Assembly (NCBI GenBank): GCA_028534125.1
Contig: CM052816.1
Location: 75,146,001-75,210,000 of the forward strand
Length of the DNA stretch: 64,000 nt
Origin: Lama glama
Taxonomy: Eukaryota
Direction: 5' to 3'
Position 1 is the first letter of the stretch; each line of letters starts with the position of its first letter. Under the pieces are notes generated by a model that saw only the letters and a list, made by a program, of their open reading frames with translations, was not told where the DNA came from and made no database searches. Made by a program: the position numbers and the translations under genes. Positions 12,142 through 24,552 of this stretch are shown in pieces.

Positions 12142-13113
12142 CAGGCCTGCCCCTAACATCTCTGTGGCCTGGGCATTTATAAGTTAATTGACACGCTGTT
12201 AAATAAAATATATTCTATCTTCCTACCTTGAAATTTCATCTTCATAAATGTCACATTGAAAATTTTGAATAAAGCTATTGTTTTTATATAGTTTTCTAAA
12301 GCAATATACACAATTATCAGTTAAATTTAAAGGCAAAAATATAAATAGTAATTAATGACTATAACATTTTAAATAAATATAATTTAAATGGAACTGAAAT
12401 TTAAATATACTTTTAAATGTTATTTAATTTCACTAAATGTTTTTATAAAACTATTGGCAATTATCCATCTTCCTCTTAGTTGCTCACGTAGAGAAATGGT
12501 GTTGCGCTTCTTGATGTTATGCCGAGATGTACACATTTAAGGGAAAAATGAATTGTTTAATGTTGCAAAATATTCCCCAGCCAAGTGCAACTGTTGTGAA
12601 TATTGCACCAATCCAAGACTATCTCCAGTATCATGAATTGGAACACAAAGAAAATTAAGAAAAAAGATATTCAGCACTACGAAGCGATGATTTATTCTGT
12701 AAGAATCATTGAATCTGTGCTGAGTGGCAGGATTTAACAAATTAGTTTGTCTTAAAAATTTTTTTTTTAACCTAAGTATATGTGCTACCCATTCTTCCTC
12801 TGATTCCATAGCTGTGTCCATCTTCAGTGTCAATAGGGATACAGTCTAAAATCTTTGTGGTGTTTGAATGTAGTAGCTTTTTGTTTCTAGGAGACAGGGA
12901 AATAGACAAGAAGCATTTCCCTGGGGCCTGAAGGGTGTTAGTTAAAAGCATGGATGTTTGAGGTTATGATTTGAATGTCACCATAGTTGAGCACCAGATT
13001 CTAAGTGACAGAGGCATCATTTGTTTTTAAAACCTTTTATTTATGTATATGTTTGCAACATGTGGGACGCTCTAAAGTGTGGAGCTCTGAGCAGGAAACC
13101 TAGCACAGGCCTG
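12142..13113. mobile_element. hAT-Tip100 DNA transposon remnant (Zaphod/MER115-like)
   Basis: Starts 'caggcctgcccctaacat', contains 'ctgttaaataaaatatattctatcttcctaccttga', ends '...ctctaaagtgtggagctctgagcagg...caggcctg'. The AT-rich interior may be decayed transposase sequence. Confidence 0.6.
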
Positions 13114-14240
13114 GGAGAGATATAGACAAAAGAGGCTTATGAGTTCTAACGTCACTATTTTTTAGAAGCTCTTGGAAACCCATCCATGTTGCATAAAGAA
13201 CTTTCACAGATGACTTGTGTGCAGGCACACGTGTAACACCAGGACACCCAGGAAGAAAGCTTTGGGGGTGGAGGGTGGGGCTTGTTCCCTGACGGGTCTG
13301 ATGAATGCAGGCTTGGGTGGAAGCCCGGATGAGGCATGGGTGGGAGCAGGGATGGAGGAAAAGAGTCAATTTTGGAGGTGTGACTCTCTTGTGAGAAGGT
13401 TTCTAACTGAACAAACTTTGAAATAGACTTATTGTTTACATGGATGTCTCCAAATTCAGCGTATGGTATATATCATGGGGCGTTTTTCCTTCAGCAGTAT
13501 TTGTCAAGGATTCTTCAAATAACCCTGTGACCCTCTTAGAATCTATTAAGAAGCAGTTTCAGGAAAGTAAAGCTCTCCAGAGCTCCATCTCAGTTGCTAC
13601 AGTAAGGTAAGATAAAAGAAATGGAAACTAACTACTTTGACAATGGGCTCAGCTTTTAAAGTATCTGTTACTTCTGGCTTTTTGTTTTCTTTTTTGATAA
13701 GGTTACAGAGGTTAAAGCTGTGAGGAAGAATAGCACAAAGCTACAATGATAAGGAAAAGCTGGGCTTTTATTGAACAGCCTTTCATTTCTTAAGACAGCA
13801 GACCACAATGTTATGCACATTTTTAATGAATTCCATTTTTTTTTGGCCTATGATTGATGCAACCCAACAACGAGATAATTTACATTTAAAAATAACAATA
13901 CTAAAAAATTAAAGAGAAGGAGGGTTGCTATGGAAATTATTCCCATACACATGATAGGTGAATGTCTCAATTTGAAATGTGAGGTGGTCTCAGAAGAAAT
14001 ATAAGTTTACACTGCAATAATAATGTAAAAAAAAATCTACTAACCTAAATGAGAAGAACATTATTTGTGTGAGGAAATTCCTTATTTCCTTCTACTTGTA
14101 CAATGGGAATATAACCCCTTGTACTAACAGTGTGATCAGAAACTGAATGGAAGCTAAAAGTTCTCACCCTGTGATTTGTATTTTATCAGCTTGTATACAA
14201 GCATCAAGTCTGAGAGCAAATGAAAATATGCCCCTTTCAG

Positions 14241-14353
14241 GACAGGAGCAGTGCTGGTTCACTGAATGGTTTATGTAAATACTGGAAACCTTGTGGCACT
14301 GAGAACGGAGCTGGACTGGTTAGAAAAGGCAAGCGATGCTGTTGTAAGGACAG
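14241..14353 (+). other. Candidate orphan internal exon (113 nt)
   Basis: Acceptor cccctttcag| and consensus donor CAG|gtgagt in non-repetitive DNA; one frame is open throughout. Confidence 0.3.
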
Positions 14354-17264
14354 GTGAGTTGTTTCAACTCTTTGTTTAGTAACTTTTCACTGAGAAGCTG
14401 GTTCCTAAACCCACTGAAAAGTTGGTTCCTAGTCTCCAAAATAGTCTGTAACTCCTAGAGACCTTACTTCTCTTGGCAGGCTTCATGAAGTTCTTGGAGT
14501 TCTTAAAATTGGGTTTACTGGAGCTATCAGATTCAAGGAAGACTGATTTATAAGGCCTAACACTTTAGTGTAAGAGTCATGCAATTAAGTGCAAAAAAAT
14601 CCAAGTTTCAGCTTGGCTATGACTGTGCTACAAAAACTCTTCAAGATAAGTTAAAATCTTACCTGCACCCAAGGAGAGGTCCATAAATACCAGGACTTTT
14701 CTTCATTGCAATTCAACGCACAATTGGAGTTACCATTCATACCACCATTAGGATTACCTTTCATACCACCATTTTATGTGGCATGGCTCTTACGCTGTCG
14801 CCTAAACTGAACCCAGTGTTTTGTGCCAAGCACTAAAAGAGGTAGATTATTTTTTCCAAATAGGTATAATTTAGCATGCTGTACCTTTAATAACACCGTA
14901 AAGACTCGAACGAGTTAATGTTTCCCCTTAGTATCAGGAAGTAACATAAAGCTCCATGAAAATTTAGATTCTTATTATTATAATCAGAGATAATGAGGAT
15001 AAATGTGCAGAGATAATTGGTGCACAGTGACTGCAAAAGGATGACAAGCTTGGACGACACTGTTTGGCAGGACCGCAGGTTGATACCTGGGGAGCAGCTG
15101 ATAAGCTCTGAGTGCTTTAATTCCTTCATCTATTAAGTTTGGGGTTTATACAGTGCCCACCACCTGGGCCCTATTCTTTACGACTATCTGCTGAACATTG
15201 GCTGAGTCAAAATCGTTTTGTTATGAGCTATTCACATCACTTTAGGGAGGCTGGCTTATATTATGAGCCTCAATTCTCCTATAAGCCACTGAACATGAAA
15301 ATCTATCTCACTGGAGTAAACTAGTTCCTAAGAGGAGTGTGAGACCATGAAACTTGGGTTGCTCTTTCTTCCCTAAGTGCTGAACTAGGAAGCAGTGTTT
15401 AATTTTTTACTCCCACCGGCAGTACTGTTCCAATGTAAGAGCATTTGCCATGGATCCAGTAGCTGAGGGTGGAGGGCTGGGGTGATAAGTGCGGGGGCTG
15501 GGCTGGGCTTGCTGCTAAAAAGGCAATGACTTGAAAAGGCAGTTCACTTGGGAGAAAAAAGGAGGTAGCTCTGTAGGCTGGTGCTAAAACAATCAACAAA
15601 CAAACAAAACACCTAAAGATGTAATGGTATAAATTGCCCACAAGCCCCCCTGTCCTCACCAAGATATGATAATGGAAATTGCTCCCTTCTCCAGCCCTGT
15701 GACACATCTTCCCTTGTCTTTTTATGATTTTCCTGTAACTGCAGGACTACCTTTGGTGTTCATGTTACTCTGATTTAACTGGAGTAAATTCCTGGAGAAA
15801 GGAGGAAGGGGTACACACACGTATGATATGCCCAGAGCCTGTAATCTCCTTGCAGTGGTATCTGACCACTGGTACTGCTGGACTCAGAGACTGTGACCCA
15901 ACACGCATTTGCCTTCTCAAAGAACTGGTCTAGAATGTCACGTTAGGATTGTTACCACTTCTTCTTTAAACACTTCACCTGCCAGTATTCGGATGCAAAC
16001 ATCTAAACTTACAGCACTGAAGAGTTTCAGCAAACATATCTCTCTTATATTCCAACAAATTCAAAAAAGGCAGTGGTTAAAGCTGGGGTGTTTTTTGCTG
16101 TAAACTAGAAGGGCAGTGTTTCACCTTCCTCATTCCATCCCTTCCAAGATGATCTTGAAAAAAAAACTTGAGTTTTAGCTTTATCATTTGTCAAATAAGG
16201 ATGGTTATATTTATAAAAGTTAATTGAGGTGGTATGTGGGAAAGTGCGAAGTGCTACAGGGAGCAGTGTTATAAAAATGTAAGACTTTGCTGTTATTAGT
16301 TGGCAATACTGTGCTCTGGTGTTAGGAGAATTAAGATCTAAGGAGCATTCAACAGATGTGTAAGAAAGTGATCCCTCTCCATTGGAGAAATATGTTTTGC
16401 ACTTCATAAAGAGTGAAGCAGAGTTTCAGAAAAGCAGGGTTTTTTTTTTTTAAGTCTTTAAAGTGTTTTTAATCAGTTTTATGGGTAATGGTAAAAGGAT
16501 AACTTCTAGATAATGGATTAGTGATTTAGCACCCAAGGCCCTATTCTTTATTGAGTAGAGTAGAATTCAAATCTTAAGTTAAAATATGCTGTGAGCAATT
16601 CTGTGTTTATGTGTGGGTGGGTCAGAGAAAGAGAGAGAGAATCAGAGATCAATGGCAATTTCTTTAAGTAACATTTATTTCTTGATTTAAAGCATAAAGC
16701 ATGTCAATTTACAATATCATTTGGCCGTATTGAACTTTTACTATCCTGAGTGTCACAGTGTTTACAGCGCTCATCATTCATGGGCTTGAGGGAAGCCCAG
16801 CTCACTGGTCTGACACATTCATATAGGAGACGGAACTGAAGTCTGAACTATTATTGCTTGTCATCTGGTTGAATAATGCTTTGCTTTTGTTGTGGTTGAC
16901 TAAATCACATGAGAAATGGAGGTTATGAGTTCTTGATCTGCCCACCCTAACTTGGTTTTGCTGAGAAGACCACAAGATACCTCATGACCTTGGACAGTTC
17001 AATCCAGCTCATAAAAATGGCATATTTATCTGCATCATGACTGCTAGGGAACAGGATTTTAATAATGTTATATCCACATATCACTGGAGTCTAAGAATTT
17101 TGTCTCATTAGTAGTTCCATTACTAGTGTGAAGAAACAATGGTTCTTCCCTAGTAATTGAGACAACTACCATCTTGACTATGCCAACAGGCTGCAATTGT
17201 GAAAATTGTCATATCACTTGCCATGGTTAACTCTGGCATCTCTTCTCCTCCCAAACCATTAATG

Positions 17265-17764
17265 GAGTGGTTCTCAATCAGGGACGATTTACCCCTCACC
17301 TGAGGGTACACTTAGAAATGTCTGGATTCCACATATAAGTGGTATTACATGGTAATTTTCTTTTTCTTTCTGGTTTACTTCACTTAGTATAGTTATCTCT
17401 AGGTCCATCCATGTTGCTGCAAATTGCAATGTTTTATTTTTTATGGTTGAGTAGCACTCCATTGTATGTATGTATATATATCTATTTATATATAGATATA
17501 TATACCACAACTTTATCCAATCATCTGTCAATTGACATAGCAGAAACCAACACAACATTGTAAATCGACTACCCTTCAATTAAAAATAAAAGAAAGAGAA
17601 ATGTCTGGAGACATTTTTGATTGCTGTGACTGATGAGGACTTGCAGGCATCAAGCAGGTAGACTCCAGGGATGCTGCTGAACATCCTCAATGCACAGGAC
17701 ATCCCCAGACAGCAAAGAGTCATCAGATGTAAGACATCAATAGTGCTGAGATTGATAAGCCCTG
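17265..17764 (+). mobile_element. MER20 hAT-Charlie DNA transposon split by an L1
   Basis: 'agtggttctcaa...aatgtctggagacatttttg...ccagggatgctgctgaacatcct...caatagtgctgagattgataagccctg' follows MER20 from end to end. Confidence 0.9.
17327..17596 (+). mobile_element. 5'-inverted (twin-primed) L1
   Basis: 17327 to about 17535 is the antisense ORF2 end (FAATWMDLEITILSEVNQKEK). About 17538-17596 is the sense 3' tip plus A tail. TSD agaaatgtctgga at 17314-17326 and 17597-17609. Confidence 0.9.
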
Positions 17765-19012
17765 TTTTTGAGGTAAAAGGATTCAGAGACAGCTGGTAGG
17801 GGACTGGGAGAAGCCTGGATCAGATCCATTCCACACTGGCTGTGAAAGAGTCAATTTGGTGGTGACAAAGTCTCATTCAGAGCATTACTGTAATGAGAAA
17901 GACATAAGGCCCCTGTTCTCCCTTTGGGACCATGTTAATACTGCTCACACCCCACTGCTGATTCTAAACCATGTAGTGTTTGCTTCCCCACTTCCTGATC
18001 ATCATGCAGGGAGGGAGGAAATCCAGGGCAGTTAATGACATGTCCTGTTTCCGTCATATTCAGATTCACCTCCACTCAAATATACAAGGGATTGGAGGCT
18101 GTCCATTCGTGGTGATTTCCATGTCAACCTTTAATGAGGAGGTTTTTCAGAAGCTCACATCATCTGCACACAAAATATGCAGGTGGTGTGGCAAAGCAAC
18201 TGCAGAATAAATGATCGAGTTTCCAGGTTCCATGGGTTATGCCAAGATCCATTCATATTATGTCACCTGGGATCTGCAATCTATTGTCAGCTAAACTAAT
18301 TGAGTGAGGGCACCTGTTGCATTCCCTTTCATGTTGCCTTCAGCAAGCATTCCTCTTTTTGTGATGAGTGAGGTTTTTATTTTGGAGTCTTGTGATAGCT
18401 GCCCTCCCCTCCATGAAGCCCTGAGCCTTTGCCAACTTTCCAGCCACCTACTGAATAAATCAGCTATGTTCCATCAGGTGACAGGAAGGACATCTTGAAT
18501 TTTCTGCAGCAGATGGTTTGACACAACTAATTGAAGTAATCTGTCTTTCAGAGTCTTGATATGCTATAAGGAAACGTAAAGCATGTCACATTGTGACAAA
18601 TCTCTCCTGGCTAAAGTAGGAAATTTGGAGTCAGCACAGACATGGCATTTTGGAAGGAAAAAAAAAAATCCATGTCAAACATTCAGCTTTATTAAGGTGG
18701 ACATTTGTGCCAGTTTCACCTAAGAAGGGCATCAAGGATTCTATTAGCCAATTTGGGACTAGTGTTATAATGAATTGAATAAAGAGGGCCACCTGTTCAA
18801 AATGAGGCATAATCCAGGAAAAGAACGGCTTTCAACAGGTCCCAATAGAGGAACGTAATGTAGAAAATCAAACTCCCTTGCTGGATTTTAAGGTCCACAA
18901 AATGGAAATCCATTTTCATGTAATAAAACCTCACTGGGGCACGATGGGAAAGAAACAACCAACTTAGAGCTCTAACTTCTGAGAGAGTTTCAAGTGTGCT
19001 CAAAACTAACAG

Positions 19013-19222
19013 GGGTTTGAGATTTGCAAATGTTAACCACTATATATAAAAATAGATAAATTTCTCCTGTATAACACAGGGAACTATATTCAATATCTTA
19101 TAATAACCTTTAATTAAAAAGAATGTGAAAACCAATAATATGTATATATACGCATGACTGGTACATTGTGCTGTACACCAGAAGTTGACACATTGTAACT
19201 GACTGTACTTCAAAAAAAAAAA
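19013..19222 (+). mobile_element. 5'-truncated L1 3' end
   Basis: 'acacagggaactatattcaatatct...tgtacttc' plus poly-A. TSD aaaactaacag at 19002-19012 and 19223-19233. Confidence 0.9.
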
Positions 19223-19869
19223 AAAACTAACAGAGGAAAACACATTTCCTTGAAGAAAACTGTTCCCACTAAGGGAGGGCTTTTATATATTTAGGTCTGT
19301 GTCTTCAGATGGAGGAATTTTGCAATGAAACAAATTGATGTAAAAAGTTTTCCCATTTAACAGAAGCCGGATCACATCTTTCTTTGACATCCTTAGGGTC
19401 TTTTGTGGGGTTAGCAGCACAGAGAATAAGCCATTGCTTAGAGAATTGCTGCCATAGTACTGTAGCAAGTCTGTGGCACTGCCAGAAAGTGGTATAGTAA
19501 TGAATTATAAGGGAAGGAGAGAGAAAACGTTTATAGGAGTGATCTGGAGCTTGCAGCCTCCCTGTGTCCCACAACTTGGCACCGTCTAGACTGAGCTGAT
19601 CGATGGCTCAGCCCCTTCATCCTGGCTGGGCCTCACAGATACACTGAGCTCACTTTGCTCCAGATAAGCAGAGAAAGACAGAGCTTCAAGCCACTGCCCC
19701 AGGGAACTTGATATAATTTCTTGGAGGTCCTTATTATTTATTATAATGACCATCCCACCGAGCAAGGGCTTGCTGGATAAACAAGGCTCACATATCCAGA
19801 ACAATCTGTATAGGGGCCTCTATAGGTAAGTGCTTTAAAATAGAGCTGGTTGCTACTGTATCCTTTTCC

Positions 19870-20200
19870 TTTCTTTATCCCGATTTCTGCTCAAATGTTA
19901 CTACCCCAGGGAGACCTTCTCAAATTATTCTATCCAAAACGCTGTCCCTTCCCTCTGTAGCCCTTTACCCAGGTTAGTTTGATTTATGGCACTATTACTA
20001 CATGACATCACTTTCTGTATCTACTTGTTTATTTTCCCTTCCCTTTCCCTGGACATCCCCCATTTTCTCTCCCCGCTCCTGTGGTAAGACCACAGAGGCA
20101 GGAACCAGAGAGGTCTCTTCTTGTTCACCGTTGTATCCTCAGCAGCAAAACCAGTGCCTGGCAGGTAGTAGGTAAATAAATAAATCCTTTGGATCATTCC
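19870..20200 (+). mobile_element. L2 3' end
   Basis: 'tctgctcaaatgttactacc...ttgttcaccgttgtatcctcagca...cagtgcctggcaggtagtaggt'. Confidence 0.8.
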
Positions 20201-20339
20201 CAAGTTGACTATGACTTTCTGATTGATATGGATCCTACATGAGGAGTGGGTTTGTGCCTGCCATGTATGTGACAGGGATCAAGAGAAGTGAATAGAGCAG
20301 CAGGTGGTGAAGACCCCCAAATGATCTATAGGTGGATGG

Positions 20340-21095
20340 AGGGTTATTTATCTGACCTCTCCTCTTCCAAACCTTGACCTTGACATGATGGGCCTCTCTC
20401 CTTCCTCCTCAATCTTCTGTTCTTTCCGATCTTAATGCATCAACTTGGCTCAAGCCTTATGCATCCTTGACTTTGCTTTCTAGAGAACGGTTCTACTTTG
20501 CCTGAGCTTACAGTCAGATGTCTGATTTCATCACCTCCCTCCACTGGACATTGCTCTGCTTATTCAGTCACCAGGACCTGTTACCAACTCCACTCGATCC
20601 TTGTCTAGCTTCTTTGCCATCTCAGCAGCACTGATGCAGCTCATAGCTCTTTTCCTCCTGAGATGTTTTCCTCTGTTGGTTTCCGTGACTGTACCTGCTC
20701 CTGATCTTTCTCCTTCCTCAATGGCTACATCTCCCTCATCTCATTTACAGGCTTCTCCTCCTCTCTGCAACCACTACAGTGTCGTTTCTCAAATTTTTAA
20801 TGTGCACACACTCATGCAAAGAACTCACTGAAATGAAGATTCTCATTCAATATGCCTGGGTTGGAGCCTGCGTGTCTTCATTTCTAGTGAATCCCAGGTG
20901 ATAATCATGCTTTTAGTCCAAGGCCATCTAAACCCTGTAGTCAGAGGGATCTTTTAAAAGGTAACTTATATTATGTCACTTTTCCACTTTGAACTCTTCA
21001 GTGATTCCCACTTCGCATTGAATTAAATAAAGTTATTTATCATAGCCCTTTAGTCCCTTCATGATGTGCCCCTACCTACCTCTCTAACTTCATCT
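20340..21095 (+). mobile_element. L2 fragment with a nested MER5A-like element (about 20777-20925)
   Basis: L2 ORF2-like pyrimidine-rich sequence ('ctctcagcagcactgatgcag'-type motif, 'gtcagagggatcttttaaaa'). The MER5 part reads 'gtttctcaaatttttaatgtgca...catttcta...cccaggtgat'. Confidence 0.65.
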
Positions 21096-21814
21096 CAGGT
21101 AATCTGGTGTCAGAGTTCGTGTTCCTAATCACTAGACTAGTTGCTCCTCTGATGGTTACAGCACCTACTTCCTTATTTGGAAATGACCCAGTTCATGAAA
21201 CTGAAGTGCATGTAAAAAGGGAGGGTTGGTTAAGACATATAGAGAGGAAGCCTGCCCTGCATGCTGTTAATAAATCATACTTAAAACATGGCTTATTTAT
21301 TCACAACATCATGATTATGTAAGCAGTTAAACAATAGATGGGATTAGGTCAGACAAAGAGTTCCAGTCCTGCCCTGGAAGAGCTGATAACCTAAAGGCAT
21401 AAAACTTACTATGTCGGCTACAAAGATGAGGCCAACCAGACTGGGAGGAAGACGGACCATGAACAGTCACCGCTCTGCACCAGCACGTGGTTGTCTCAGT
21501 CACTCTGCGTCATGGAAAGCAACTGGTGCATGCCAACCGGGGATTTTCATGTCACCTAAGTGCTCCTCCCATGGCCCTCTCCTTCCAGACTGGGGATGCC
21601 CTTGCCAGGTGCCGTTGATGGGGTTCAGGTTCCTCTAGTAGCTGGAAGTTGAGAAGCCACCTCAAAGGCTGAAGCCCCTCCTGGCTTTAGGTGACCTGTG
21701 CTCAGGGAGCTGCTTGAATGTGTGTAAAGAGGATAAGTTTTGAACCCAGACATTCCAGATACTACTCAGTAGTCCTGACTAACCTGGCTAGTTAACCTTC
21801 TAGAGTATGCAGAG

Positions 21815-21870
21815 TATATGTGTATATGTATGTGTGTGTGTGTGCATGTGTGTGTGTGTATACACATATA
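21815..21870. repeat. Imperfect (TG)n/(TA)n microsatellite
   Basis: tatatgtgtatatgtatgtgtgtgtgtgtgcatgtgtgtgtgtgtatacacatata. Confidence 0.85.
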
Positions 21871-22043
21871 CTCTTTCCCCTGAAACAAGGCGTCAGGTTC
21901 TGGAAAGGACAAAGAACTTGCACTGCCTGCAGATCATCAGGCTCTAGCCCTGGGGACTCAGCCTTCACACTTGTTTTCTCACCCACACAATAATACCCAC
22001 CTTGCAAATACTGAGCAGTCACCCTGGGTCAGATGATGTCTGC

Positions 22044-22504
22044 TGCGTATCATGCAGTCCCAGCAGGAAACAGACCACAGCTCAATTAGGAGAAATCACA
22101 GAAGGTCTAATAAAAGAACAAGCGCAAAGGTGTGGGCAGGGTATGGAGAAGGCAGGAGGAATAGGGTCGTACCCCTGGGCTAGTAAGAGTGAGGCCATCA
22201 CCACCCCAGGGAAGGGGTGAGAGGAGCTGTCATCCAAACCTGAAGGAGTCAGTTTTGAAAGGAGGGCTGCCTTGATAGAGCCTGATCTTAGTTGGTGGCC
22301 AGCCTGCCAGGTGACCTCAAAGGGAGGGGCTCAGGAGATACACAACACGCCTCATTCTCCTCTCCTTGTGGCCCTGTGCTGGGCTCTGCAGTGACCAAAT
22401 TCAACCTGATGCTAGAGATCAAGAAAGCGCCCTGCTGTCGTCCACACAGGTCAAGGTAGAGCGGGGTGGGAGTATACGCAGTAGGGTAAAGAGAACCGTT
22501 TGCA
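22044..22504 (-). mobile_element. LTR33-like ERVL solo LTR
   Basis: 'gtcccagcaggaaacagaccacagctcaattagg...aaaggtgtgggcaggg...ccctgggctagtaa' matches the recalled antisense LTR33. Confidence 0.7.
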
Positions 22505-22889
22505 TGGGTAGTCCATCTAGTCCTTACAGTATCCTTCCAGGATAATTATTGTTCCAGTTTTTCAGAAGAGGAAACTGTCTTGTAAGAAGTGAAGCAATTA
22601 TATATATGCATTTGTGTGTATATCGATATATAAACACACTGCATATTTGTATAATATATTTTTATTCTTGACTTTGTCTCAAGATATGATATATTTAACT
22701 ATAGAAAATTTGAAAATACAGACCCCTTCCTTTCCAAAGAAAGCATTATCAGATAACTTTATCATCAGGGATCACCTCTATCAATATATTTCCACATGTA
22801 TTTATGGTCTTTTGTATGACACATTTTTATTTTATTTTATTGTTTGCTGTTTCAACTTATTTCATTTCATTTTACATATGAAAGCATGT

Positions 22890-23110
22890 ATGAAGGTTTT
22901 GTTGTGCCATGCACTATCCTACGTGCTTTATGAATATTACCTCAGTAATTCTCATAACAACTCTATGAAGTAGGTCCCATTATTATGCCCATGATATAAA
23001 TGAGAGAGTTTCAGTAATTTGTTTGGAGTTCCATATCTAACGAATGGTGGAGCTCATCTTCACATTTACACAATCTGATGTGAGTCCTGTTCTTAACCGT
23101 TCTGCTCTAT
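22890..23110 (-). mobile_element. MIR SINE
   Basis: 'aattctcataacaactctatgaagtaggtcccattattatgcccat'. Confidence 0.75.
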
Positions 23111-23515
23111 GTATATACATAATTCATCTATGAATATATCATACACATATCTCATATGTATACATCTCATATATACATAGATTGCAAATTGGAATCATGT
23201 TATATAGTCCTCACACACACACACACAGAAGAAACTAAAGAAAAAAGGTACATATTTCTAGTTAAATATTGAATCATTAGACATACAGAGTCATTCTTGC
23301 ATGGGTCACTCAAATAAGACTTGATATATTTAATTGGCTCTGTGGTGTTGAATTAATTGTGTAGGGGCAGAAATAATTTATGGCGATCTGTTAACTGCTA
23401 TGGGCATTTAATATGTGTAAGAGGCTTTGGGGATTTAGAGATGTGTAAGACAAGTCCTCAGAACTCTCTTGCTGACAGTCTAGTTGTAGAGGCAAGACAT
23501 ATATGCACAGAGCAA

Positions 23516-23891
23516 TGTCATGGGCTGAATATTTATGTCCTCCCCAAATTCACATGTTGAAGTCCTTAACCTCCAATGTGATGGCATTTTGAGATGGAGC
23601 CTTTGGGAGGTTATGCAGGTGGGGTCTTCATGATGGGATTAAGTGCCCTTATAAGAGACAGCAGAGAGCTTCTTTGCTCTCTCTCTTCCCTGCACCCTCA
23701 GAAAAGAGGCGAGTGAGCACACAGAGACCGCATCCACCTACAAGGAAAGAGGAGACATCAGAATGAAAGCTAACTTTCCAGCACCTGGATCTTGGACTCC
23801 CCAGCCTCCAGAGCTCTGAGAAATAAACTTCTGTTGTTTAAGCCACCTAGGTCATGGTATTTTGTTTTTCCAGCCCAAGCTGAGAAATACA
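23516..23891 (+). mobile_element. MLT1A-type MaLR solo LTR
   Basis: TG...CA ends; 'ccaaattcacatgttgaa', 'gagaaataaacttctgttgtttaagccacc'. 5-bp TSD agcaa/aggaa. Confidence 0.9.
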
Positions 23892-24149
23892 AGGAAGACA
23901 ATTTCAAGAAGTAGTTCGAGGTAGCCAGTGCTTAGCACTAAGTGAAGGATCTAATAAATATTTTAAAGAAGGGAGGGGTCTGAGTATCTGTGGTGGTCAG
24001 ATCAGTTTCCCAGGACTTAGTGGGAAGGGGGAGGAAGAGGAGGCTGCAGACTCACAAGCAAGTGTCCAAAATTACCACACAGATTCCAAATGTGCCTACT
24101 CATGACTCACGTGACTGGTCTGAGCAAACAGAGCTGCTCCCAGGGCTCT

Positions 24150-24552
24150 GTGCTGGCCCTTCTCTTTGACTGAATCTTCTCCCCACCTCTTCCCCTGGTT
24201 ACCATAATGCCTGCTCAGCTTCAGGGTGCAGCTGACATGTCTCATCCTTAGGTAACCTTTCACTGACTCCCAGGCTTGGTTGTGGCCTCGGTTATAGAAT
24301 GGGTCCTGATCTCTTTCAGGGCACTCTGCACAATGATATTTAAATTACTAATTTGTATTTGTACAAATACAAATTATAATTTGTAATAACTTGTCAGTTT
24401 TTATTGCTGCTTGTCTCCCCGACTGGACTGCCAGCTCTGTAAGCACCCAGTTTGGGTTGCTTTGGTCCTCATTATGGTCTCAAATCCTGGCACAGTCTCA
24501 GTAGGCATTAGGTGCTCAATAAATGTTTGTTGATTGACTAGTTAGATGAATG
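24150..24552 (+). mobile_element. L2 3' end
   Basis: 'cctggcacagt...taggtgctcaataaatgtttgttgattgac' is the L2 terminus. Confidence 0.75.

Noticed and set aside
19412..19454. miR-15/16/195-like sequence TAGCAGCACAGA with downstream tgctgcca
   Set aside because: Only 12 nt match miR-195 and the middle of the putative stem (cagagaa vs gagaat) cannot pair, so there is no pre-miRNA hairpin.
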